Origin: Chrysomallon squamiferum | Taxonomy: Eukaryota; Animalia; Mollusca | NCBI GenBank assembly: GCA_012295275.1 | Contig: CM022670.1 | Span: forward strand, 29,822,001-29,886,000 | Reading direction: 5' to 3' | DNA length: 64,000 nt | Shown: positions 14,087 to 28,600 of the stretch, one piece after another | Position numbering within the stretch: the stretch's first letter is position 1 | Layout of the letters: every line of letters starts with the position of its first letter | Program-made: the position numbers and the translations under genes | The notes under the pieces: model-generated | What the model was told of the DNA's origin: nothing | The model's input: the letters and a program-made list of their open reading frames with translations, nothing else | Database searches by the model: none

Positions 14087-15732
14087 TTGATTTCTTTTCT
14101 CTTTTTTTCTTCTTCTGGTGATAAAATAGCTTCATACAATTCATCCTTAAATTTTACCTTGTTGGATTTAACAATCTTCAACAGATCATGATCTCCATGT
14201 ATGCCTTGGTTTTCACAACATCTGCAAAGATTGTAATCAGAACAATGGCAATATTTGTATCTTGTGCCATATATTAGACCTTGGCAATTGCTGCAAGAAA
14301 CACCACCATGTGACTTTCCAGTTGCAAGGGAGGTAACTGGAAACAAATTATTTTATTTATATTAACACCATAGGATGAACCTCTTAGATATTCACTGAAA
14401 ACAAAGTTTAGAAAATAAATACTTTCCATAATCATGGTTAATTTTGTTTTAAAAAAAATTTCTGGACACTCCCAACATATAAATAAATAAATAAATAAAA
14501 ATAATAGTAACAACAGTAATGAATAAAAAAGAAATGATGAAGAAGAAGAAGAAAAATAAATATCAGAATTTGTAGACATTTTAAGTCATGATTCTGTTTT
14601 ATTATTAACTGCAATAAAACTGATAATTATAGTTATATAAATGAAGTACATATACTTATAGTTATACAAATGAAATTATCCCAAAAAAATTGTTAAGTGC
14701 TCTACTTTCTTTGTATAGCAGGAATACAGACTGTTAAAGGCTGACTTGCAATTAACAGAGAAAACTAATCAGCTTATTTTTCCTTTTTTCTTTTTAAACC
14801 GATTAGTCTATACATTGACTACAGCAAGATGTAAACAAATCAGATCGTATATTACGTTTGATATATATCTTTAAAACACCACCAGTGACATGTCTGAGAG
14901 CCTCTTCAAGTTCTTCATCAGATGATAAACAAATATCATCGCCGTCAGAATCTGAAAATGATGACATCCTTTCAAATATTATATTTATTGATATCTCTCT
15001 CACACACATAAACATGCACACGTACACTCACACACACACAAACACACAGTTACCTCACTCCCTTTTCCTAACTGGTTTGAATAGAGAATAAGAATTGATT
15101 TGCCCATTACAATAAATACACCATATATTGCTTTTCTTTTCTCCCATAACCCAAATTCCAAATTTACCAGTGTTTAACATGTTTTATATTATTTATTTAT
15201 TTATTTATTTATTTAAGAAAGAAATACACCACAAGATATGATGGCTACATTCATTTACGGATACAGTAAGCCTTTGATTTTACAGATACTTTGATAGTTA
15301 GCATTTGATCCATAGTTGAAAAATTGTTAAGTTTACACTTTTATAATATTAAATTTTTATCATTTTAAAATATGTTCGACAACTGAACGTTCCATTGAAT
15401 CGACGATCTACTCTATGGACGTTTATGGAAAATGAAACTGAAACCAAGGAATAATAATAATAATAATAATGATAATATCTGTCCTTTAGTCTATTAGTAT
15501 AGCTTTAATTAACCATGTCATAAAATGTAACATTCGTTTGTATAATAGAAAAAAAAAAATTCTTACCTTTCCAATGGATTACAAAATTTCCGTGATACAA
15601 AGTGGGAAACACTTCGGATACCTTGCGCTTTAGTAACAGAAAATCCGATACGTCTGGGGGAACGCAAAAGCGACGGATTTCTGTTATCGATGTATTACAC
15701 TTCTTGTGATATACCTTTATAGATAGAGACAT
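10876..15732 (-). CDS. Divergent sequestosome-1/p62 paralog (PB1-ZZ-UBA), about 350 aa
   Basis: Exons 15732-15567, 14951-14856, 14336-14158, 13950-13725, 13531-13401, 12802-12682, 11009-10876 total 1053 nt with an open frame. PB1 (MSLSIKVY..EIRRF..DSDGDDICLSSDEEL), ZZ (CSNCQGLIYGTRYKYCHCSDYNLC), UBA (DPKIAKALIQMLSMGFSNEE). Introns shared with the neighbouring p62. Confidence 0.85.
12419..12464. repeat. (GT)n microsatellite
   Basis: Direct reading. Confidence 0.95.
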
Positions 15733-15759
15733 ACTGTTTTTGCTTCTGGCACGATAATA

Positions 15760-15980
15760 TGAAATTCTACCGACATAAATAACACAGCCGAGAATTAATT
15801 TACCGTCTGGTTGTTTTACCGGAAATTACGACAGTATTATACATAGCCTTACATAATTTTATTTTATTTTATTTTATTTTATTTTATTTTATTATTATTA
15901 TTATTTTAAACCGTAGATCGTTTGTACGTGAGCTACATAAACAGTAGGTACGTACCATTCTGAAATGTTATATGGTTACG
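15760..15980 (-). promoter_or_regulatory. Probable promoter of the p62 paralog
   Basis: Local CpG enrichment just upstream of ATG 15732, with an ETS-type ACCGGAAAT at 15818-15826 and TACGTG at 15925-15930. Confidence 0.4.
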
Positions 15981-18383
15981 CCAAAACTTTCATGTATTAA
16001 GCAGTTGCTTCGTATTCTGGATCTAACTTCTATCCAAAGATGGCTGTGAGGTGTAAAACCGCTGCACCGTCTTTCCTCTCCTTTTCCAAATCTTTAACAT
16101 CCTAACGTTAATATCCAGGAAACCATTTCAGACTTAATTTGTTATGCCCAAGACATTAAATCATTAAATATAAACACTTTTAATACGATTCATTGATTTA
16201 TAGAAATATTATGGCCACAACCCCTCACTTTTGTTATTTATTCATTCATTCTTTCATTTAATCATTTACTTTTTATTATTTATTTATTTTAATTTTTTAA
16301 TTTTTATATTTTAATATATATGTTGTTTGGTTTTTTTAGTCTTTGGTTTAATTATGGTTAAAAATAATATACAACTGATTTAGCCAGTACATTGGTATGT
16401 GGGCTTTCATGTAAATGGAAAGATATATAAAACCAAGTTTTATTTCATTCATCTGGTAGGAGAAGTGGGCTTCTCTCCATAGAAATGTTATCTTGATCCC
16501 TTACTTTGATTAAAGACATTACACTGGTAGAAATGTTTTCTTGAAGCAAATATATATAAGTTAGAGAGGTTATCTTTAATTAAAAAGAAAACGGAAGAAT
16601 GAAAATTTATAATAATTGAAACTACACCTCATATATATATATATATATAAACCTTTATTGTTAGAAATGTTGTACATTTCCTGAATGTTGGTATATATAA
16701 AAGATTCTTTGCAGCTAGTCAAAAAATAATAATCTGATGGATGTCAGAAACATAATTTTTAGTTTTTATATATCTGTCCTCCTTAACCCAACAAAAACAA
16801 AATCAAATAAGATCTGTTGATCAAAAATATATGAGTTACCCTTGTTAAATATTTCTTTATTCTTTTCATGTACTGCATACTAAAAGAAATAACAAATTAA
16901 CTTTTGAATGTTTCCAAAATATACGTACCTTTCTCAGTTGTACAATAATTTCAAATATTTATAAATGTTTATTCATTGTTTTATTTTATTACATTTTGTT
17001 TTGTACTTTATGCCATTATCATATTACTGTGGCATCATACTGGTAGTTGGTGCACAAAAAGACAATGACTTTTTAATCTGAAACATGTTCAAGGTCTTAT
17101 ATACTTAGAACGTCAAGGATTTCAGTATTCTTATTCACGGCTCAAGGATGCATTTTGTTCTTACCCATGACCATATTTTGTTTACATTTTAGTTAAAAAA
17201 AAAATAATAATAATAATAATACATTTAATTCATCTTTTTTTACAGGGTATCACTTGTTTTCCATACTTTTGTTCAATCAGTTTCATCTGGAATTAGAATA
17301 ATATATTTATTCACTGCAGTATAATCAGAATCTTCGATTAATTTTCTGTAATCATTAATCTGAAAGTTATTAGTCTGGTCCTTGGTGAAATGTAGTTATT
17401 TCCACAATTATTTTTTAACAGAAAATGATAATAAAGTTAAAGCTCTTGAGGTTTGGCTAGTGTTGTATCTAAATATCTCTGATAAACAGAAAACTGAGAA
17501 CAATACTAAATCAATTCTTTTTATTATTATTTAAAAGGTACAAGCTCCAAAGAAACAAAGATAACAAAAACAGCCTTCCAACACAGTATTATCACCACAG
17601 TACTAAACATGCTAAACTGTTTTATAATATGATGACACATTATTTGGTCACAAGTATATGCCACAGTAAGTACCAAAATTAAATTAATTTTTTTTTATCG
17701 TGTACAAAGTGTATATCACTTCTATTTTTTCTCAAACAAAAAAAAAGTAAATTAAATTTAGTTCACAGCACTTCAGATTTATAAAATCAGTTGGATTCTT
17801 TCCAAATATTTTATAAAATTAATAAACAAAAACAAGCACTAAATAACATGTATTCATAACAATCAGGAGAAACTGCACAAATCAAATTATAGCTAAAAGT
17901 TATCTTCAAATTAACTAGTTATAAAATTATTTATCAAATTTATGTACACTAAAAATCCCAAAATGTGAATAAAATAGAAGATATAAATGTACCATTTTAC
18001 ACCAGAGCTATAAATGTATGGAAACTTATCTTCCAAATCAAGTTCTAAACAATAAACATAGCCTGCAAAGTTCCTGTTAAGTGTTACATAATAACATACA
18101 CTATGGCTAATCTGTATTACTAAACAGTCCAAGTATTAAGTATAAAATATTGACTTAGTTCACAATATCACTAATACTAGCAAGAATATAAAAATCAAAA
18201 GGTTAGCCCATGAAATCACTAACAGTAGCATGTAAAATAAAAAGCTTAGCCCACAAAGTGCAGTATTAAGTATTAAACTGGTAATATTTGTCAGTGCAGT
18301 TAATGCAAACTGGCTATTTAATGCTGCACATATCAGTAGCAAAGTTCGAGGTAAAGGTATGTGCATGTATAACATCGCAAGTC

Positions 18384-21500
<3,117 letters not shown>

Positions 21501-22850
21501 TTTCGCGTTTGGTTTGTTATTGAAATTTGACGTGAGACAGTCGGTTGACAAGTGGGGTGAAGTGCCCTTGGAAAAGTCGGTCACGATTCAGCGAGTTGTA
21601 CGTTTAAAATTATAAATATCTTCTTTTATTGGAACGTTAATTTTCTGTTCCTGTCTCTCTAACAGTTTAATATTTCTGTTGCTTGGAAAAAATTATCTGA
21701 GTCTTTTATACAAAAATGTTGTGCACTTACTGCGCAGAATACTAACACCAAATCTGCTGTCTAACCGTGACAACAAAACTAATCAGTGCGCAAGTTCCGG
21801 TTATGTGTAAACACGTTTAGAGTAGACTTGCTTTGATTTAAATAATAATAATAATAATAATAATTTTAGGGCAATATTATATATTTTACGATACCAATAA
21901 ATAACAGCAACTCTATAAAATACAAGTAACACTTTATGAGTACATTATTTTAACAAGTATGAATGATTTCATTTTCTTAAATATTCATAACTTAACCCCA
22001 AAATAGTCTATGTTAATTAATATTATATAATTTCTAAAAATAGTTTGGGAAACAACATTTAGATTTTTCTGGAAAATTTCATCGGCAACTCGAGATAATT
22101 AGTCATTTTGCAATTTACTATTATGTGCATTTTTAACTTTTATGCAGAATAAATAAACACAAATAAAATACAAATTTAAACAAGAACAACAATAATCATC
22201 ACACTGATCCGTTTTCAAAATTTAATATAAATAAAAACAAAGCGTTACCAACCTTTTTTTTGTTTTTTTGTTTTATTTTGTATATTTTTTTCCCATCTTT
22301 AACTTGGATTATTTTTGCTACGTACATACATACATACATCAATATATGTATGTAGTAACAATAATCCTAGTTAAAGAAGAAGAAATCTTTTATGATCTGC
22401 TTTATGGCCATTATTTTCATACAGACCTATTTGTTGCTCCCCCAAATTGTCTTGATACAGCTGGAGCCCATTATATATGTATTTGTATACGTGTTTGTTC
22501 TAAAACTAAATTTTTATTTTTTATTTATTTATTTATTTATTTTTTTTGGTTTGTTTGACATTAAGCTAATTTATTATGATTATGGCTTTATTCTATAATG
22601 TAAACTGAATTACATGTTTAATTAAGTACCCTAATTATGTTAGGAATGTAGCAAAATAATATATATAGTAATGATAATGGAACGTATGTTGCAAAATAAT
22701 ATAGCACCTAAACTGTTTACATTGGTGGAGGAGGAACTTTCATTCTCCCTTTCTTTTTTCTTTTTTTTTCCTGCTGTGTGTGTGTGAAATTAAATAATCG
22801 TGGAATTGATGTACTAAGTATATATGCAAATTAATTTAACATTTTAATTA

Positions 22851-23188
22851 TTATGCAATAGATTGCATCATATTCATCAAGAATCACTTCACTGAAAAAA
22901 TGTCCATCATGATATTGCATCATACTCTGAAATCAAGCTATTACCCTATTTTGTTTTGAATTTCAGTACTGTACAATGCACACGAGGACACGAAACTTAA
23001 ATAAGAGTTTAAAAAATTAAAAGAAAATGTGACACACTTTTCACATAGATTCTCAAGACTGAGTCATCCCCACAAAGCCCAAAGCATCAAGCAATTCTTC
23101 ATCAGAAGAAAAGGCAACACGGTCACCATGTCGATCTGTAAAATTATGCAAAAACTGTTTAAAAAAAAGTCTGGTATAAATTTTATAA
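22851..23188 (-). pseudogene. Duplicated, frameshifted copy of p62 exon 2 with flanking intron
   Basis: Aligns by eye with 20677-21004. The exon copy 23135-23038 is 98 nt versus 96 nt (atcccca vs atcca) and the donor changed from G|GTATGT to A|GTGTGT. Confidence 0.9.
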
Positions 23189-23847
23189 ATATTTAAATAA
23201 ACATTAAATAAAAAAAAGTTATAAATGTGATTTATAAATATTTAATAACTTTGCACCTATAAGATAAATAATATAATGAAACAAATTTTGATCAGCTTTT
23301 ATTTTATTAATTATAAACCTGTAACTGAATTCCACGCTGGAACTGGTACTCATAAAGATTGAAAAAATAATAATAATAATAATAAAATAAAAACATACTA
23401 ATCCGTCACTGACATACACACATACTCACACATGTACATACATAAGAAATCCCAAACAGTTACCGATAATCATTAACAAAAGTTACATGTATAATATTAT
23501 TTCTAAGTTCAATTAATTAACTAAATATACATGACAAAAAAGGTATATATGTAACTACGGACGACTGCATTTAAACAAGTGTGACAAGTTCATAATAGAG
23601 CCAGTTTTTTGTACTAGTGAGTTTTAATAGCTACTACATAGTCAAAATTAATAAAGTGAACTATTACATAAATTAATATGATCCATTTCCTTATACATAC
23701 ATGGTCGTAACTAGACTCTTTTGAAATGAAGCAAAAACACTTAATCGCCGAGCGGATCGGGACAAATCTTCCATATAACAAATAAGTATATTTTAAAATC
23801 TGCTATAATCCATTTATTTAGTTATATGAAATAATTCAGAAGAACTT

Positions 23848-23896
23848 CAGGGGAGGATCCAGGGGTTAGGGGCAAGGAGGTTGGTCCCCCCTTTAG
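23848..23896 (+). mobile_element. Possible terminal fragment of a non-autonomous DNA transposon
   Basis: GC-rich island starting CAGGGGAGGATCCAGG, similar to common CAGGGGCGGATCCAG termini; no partner end seen. Confidence 0.35.
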
Positions 23897-24480
23897 GAAC
23901 AAAAATCATTTTTTTATTATTATTATTATTATTTTTATTATCATGTTGTCAGTTTTCAAAATATAGGGAAATAAAACTGAACTTAGCAGCTAGATTCATT
24001 TATAGCGTAAACGTCATTGAAAGATAAGACTTCAGAGATTCCTCTAAAGTTTTGTAACTTTAAAGTTAAGCTTACCATCTCCTGAGTTTCTTTTCAACAA
24101 ACCCGTCTTCAGCCATTTTTTTTTTTTTTTTTTTTTTTTAAGAGACATGACTTGAGTGCTATCGTGACACTAAATGACTATATAGATTGCATCAGGACAA
24201 GAACCGGGCTAATATTGAAACGTGTGAAAAGGATGCTGTATGCCTTAAATCATCAGGTGTTCGATAAACCTGTCTGATATGTTTGAAGTCTGTTAAGTCT
24301 TTCATCGCAACGATATCGGTTACCGAGACTTCAAACGGTAACCGTAGACATAAATGAATTCCTTCAGAGTATATCATTTCTTTCGGAATAGATTTATATT
24401 TTATATTTTTAAAATAAAATCTTCACATAAAAAAAAAATGTTTGCATAAATATAGTTTTGTCCATGACATACATACATAC

Positions 24481-24496
24481 ATGTGTGTGTGTGTGT

Positions 24497-24576
<80 letters not shown>
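24481..24576. repeat. (TG)n-(GA)n compound microsatellite
   Basis: Direct reading. Confidence 0.95.
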
Positions 24577-24579
<3 letters not shown>

Positions 24580-25557
24580 CTGTACTAGCAAGGTCACTTA
24601 ATGAAAATACGGCGTTTGAAACGGAACTGTTTTCACATCGATAAATTATTATAGTTATTTACACATACAGATTTAAAAAAACAAAACAAAAAAACCACAA
24701 ACAAATTTTAAAATAACAACTGGTTATTGTCATAAGATATTAGCTTTATCCTGGTCAGGTCGCTGCGTTGGCTATTCTAAAATTCGCTTGTTTATTAAGA
24801 CAGTATATTCCTGACAAACGCTACGCATACATAATAGTCTTTTTTATACTGAGAAGATGGCGACCCAACTTTCTTAAATTCCGTTTTAACAACTCCTAAA
24901 ATCGACACATATATCGAATTATTATTGTGTTATTAACACTATTAGCAAGGTTATAATTATTTGTGATGGTTAGTTAACTATGATTTCGGTTTATTGCAAT
25001 TTTTATGCTTAATTCTCCGTTAATTTGTTGCGTTTTAGACAAATTGCAGCTTAATATAACCTGTTTATTAAATTATTTTAATTTTTAGTGTGTGTATTCA
25101 ACTGGCAGTAAAAGATTAAAGTTATGTTTAAAATGTAAACGTTTCACGGCCGCAATTACACCGAGACAAATGAGGGAAATACATCTCATATCGAAACTGC
25201 TATTTTTTTTTTTTTTTTTTTTTGTTGAATTATATATACAAAGATTTTATTTGAAAGATATAAACTAAAAATCTCTATTCCGAATTAAATGATATCCACT
25301 GAATTAATTCGTTTGTGTTTTTTTATCATTTAAAAAAAAAAAGTCTAGTTACGGCCATGCGTTTTATTTCTAGTGTCACACACAAACACAGAGTTGTATA
25401 CATAATACTACTATACCGAAAAACAAATTATGCACTGAAAATAATTTAGGCAAAAGAATTAATCCATTAGGAATGATTAATTGTCTTAATAGGCATCCCT
25501 TGGAGTTAGGATGACATTTATCTGAAAATAGAACAACCTCCACCCTCGTCTGATGCC

Positions 25558-25648
25558 AGGTCAATGCAGGTCAATGTATTTACTATAAGATTTTCAGTAA
25601 TACGCCTGACGTAAAATCACCCCATCTCATCCACGAAGCTGATTGGTT
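25558..25648 (+). promoter_or_regulatory. SREBP proximal promoter: DR4, CRE, SRE and inverted CCAAT
   Basis: AGGTCA-atgc-AGGTCA 25558-25573; TGACGTAA 25607-25614; ATCACCCCAT 25616-25625 (9/10 to SRE-1 ATCACCCCAC); CTGATTGGTT 25639-25648; ATG at 25688. Confidence 0.7.
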
Positions 25649-25687
25649 AAAGTCTCGTGGCGAGACTCGGCTAGGAAAACAGAAAAG

Positions 25688-28600
25688 ATGGCAGAAAATG
25701 AGAGGTTTGGTGTCGGTGGTATGGAGTATCTGGATATGGATGGCGATATTTTGGCAGAACACGAGTTCGGTAATGGAAATTTTGGTTCACTAGATGGTAC
25801 GGTATATTAAATTTCGGATTAGAAGTTATTCTTTTTATAGATAAATTCTTTAAAAATTACAAAAACAAGTTGAAGGGTCTGAGTCTATGCCTGTTACTGT
25901 TAGCAGTGATACGTGTTAGTGTTACTGTTATTAGTTACTACTTAGTATTACTTACTTAGATACTATGTTAGTATTACACGGTCGAGTCAGAGGAATCAAT
26001 TGCCACTTTGTTATTTAGTTAAGCGATTTTTAATCTTTTTTTTTTTTTTTTTTTAAATAAATACTCTTACCGAATTAAGAATACTGACATAACTGAGATA
26101 TTTCGAGGCATCTCGGCTATTTAACATAGAATCTGTAAATTTAGCGACAGTAATACTCGGTCACATTGTCAGGTCGAGTTCGTTTTGAATAATGAAACAC
26201 GATGTATGTGCATTTATATGTATATGGAGAATGGCCTATAAAGACCAAAGACCAGCAAAATATCTCAATTTATTTTGTACCTTTAGTATATAGGCCTACT
26301 TGCTGATGTAAATTGCTGTAACAGAAATGTTTATCACTTCCTTCCAGATATCTTGAACTATATAAACAGTGATGTACAAGGAGGAACTGATCTCTTCAAC
26401 ATACCTGTCAAACAAGAACTTGATGAATTGCCATGTGATACTCAGTCGGGCATTCAGACATCAAACAGTGAACTGTTACTTAATTCAGCAAATTTTCACA
26501 GTGAAACCTGTCCAAATGACATATTAGAAGAACCAGTAAAGGTAGACAACCCCCAGCCAATGGGTCGAAATGCTTTGAAAACACTATTGGAACTTGATGA
26601 CAACACTTCATATGGCAGCCAGCTCCAGCAAGCTGCTGCCCAGCTTCAAGCTGTTCAGCGTCAGCAAAAATTTATAAAACAGACACAGACCCAGTACTCG
26701 GCAGCTACACTTCAAAACAAGATGGCCCATGTACAGCCAAGACCCTCTCAACAACAGCTAAAATTGATACTACAGCAGCCACTGGTGACAACTACAGCTC
26801 CACAAGTGAAGCAACAGATTCGTGAAATTAGATTGCAGGCTACAACACAACCACAAACACCTGCATCAATTCCAGTTGTGCAGACACAACAGCAAACATC
26901 ACAAAGTGTTGTTGGTCAGCTTAGTATGCAGCAGTTGCAGCAGGTATTAATTACAACATAAAAATAATGAAATTGCACAGGAGTAAGTGTACTGGTAGAT
27001 TAGATAATGAAATAAGACTGAATTATATTAAAACTGATTGGAAAAATTGACAACATTTTTTTAAAAATTTGTTAACCCTTGTGGGCATGAGAAAATATTA
27101 ATCCAAAATTTTCACTTAAATAAAATTTTATGTGAAAATTTTTAAAAATTAAATTGGATTAATTATTTCTTCACTCTATTTATTGCAGCTGATACAGTCA
27201 CAAATTGTAAAAGTTGGCCAGAATGAAACCTCTAATGCTTCAATAGGCTCACCTGCTGTTACAAACATCAACACAATAGACTCAGCCACTACTACTCCTA
27301 TCCAGAATATTGTGACAAGCAGCAACACTATACTTACTACCACCATCCCAATCCAGTTGGTGGACAGTGATTCTTTAAACAAAGTACCAATAAATCGACT
27401 AAACAGTTCTCAGAAAAGAAATGGCAAGGGAGAAAAACGAACAGCACATAATGCCATAGAGAAACGGTATAGACTGAGTATCAATGACAAGATTGTAGAA
27501 TTGAAAGAACTTGTATCAGGAAAATCTGAAACAAAGGTATGGATTAATTGTTTTGTTTTTCTTTCCAATTATTTTAGTTAAATGATTTAGTAAGGACACA
27601 GAATAGATAACTATCACCATAAATAGTTTTTATTGTCATGGAATCACTTTGAAAACAATGTACAAAAGATTAGGTTTAGTTTAATTATTTCATAATTCAT
27701 GAATCCTAAAGTATCATTTACATAAAATGTAATTCTTTTTTTAAACGTTTTGTTACAGTTGAATAAATCTGCTGTTTTGCGAAAGGCAATTGACTACATT
27801 CGTTATCTTCAGAATGTAAACAACAGACTAAAACAGGAAAACATGGCACTACGATTAGCATCTGGAAAGCAAAGTGAGTATAAACTATGAATTTATTATA
27901 GTAGAAGTAATTTGTTTGGTATTAATTATAATTTGGTAAATATACATTTAACAAATATATTATTATTGTATAATTAATCACTGAATTGATAGAACATCTC
28001 CAAAACCTGTTCATGTTAAAGAACAAATTTTTTAAAATGTGTTTTTCTTCACAGATCTGAAGGATCTGCTACCAAATTCATCAAATGGTAACCATTATCC
28101 CATGACTCCACCTGATTCAGATGGAAGCATATCTGCACACTCTCCACCAGTTACAAGTGAGAGTGAGGATTCTCAGCCAGGCAGTCCATTATTTGATGAT
28201 ATGCCAGGTAAATACTTAATTTCTAGCCAACTCATAAAATTTGATTATATAATTCTTTTTCATATTAAAGATTTATATTTGAGAAATGTTTAATTCTTGT
28301 AAATGTACTTTTTAAATTTTTATTTGAAACACTGTCCTGCTGGACACATACATTATATAAGTAAATCCACATTTTTTGCTTTATGTTAATTTATTTCTGT
28401 TCTAACTTTTAAATTATTATTTTTTTTTTTCAATAAATTTCTGTAGCTTCACCAGGACATGATTCTCAAGATGAAACATTTGGTATATCAACAACTGGTA
28501 TGCTTGATCGATCACGGATGGTGCTCTGTGTTTTCATGTTTGCTGTCCTTGCATTCAATCCGTTTAACATGATTCTTGGAGGGAGCCATGACAACAATCC

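Noticed and set aside
14337-14394. Upstream acceptor at 14394 that would put a stop in the p62 paralog
   Set aside because: The acceptor at 14336 (tttgtttccag) keeps frame into the ZZ domain, so the gene need not be a pseudogene.
21501-21584. 28-aa N-terminal extension of p62 in the ORF track
   Set aside because: Starts at GTG; PB1 homology begins at ATG 21500 in a good AAAATG context.
25651-25667. AGTCTCG-TGG-CGAGACT palindrome near the SREBP start
   Set aside because: Only a 7-bp stem and not an exact TCTCGCGAGA motif; nothing further supports it.
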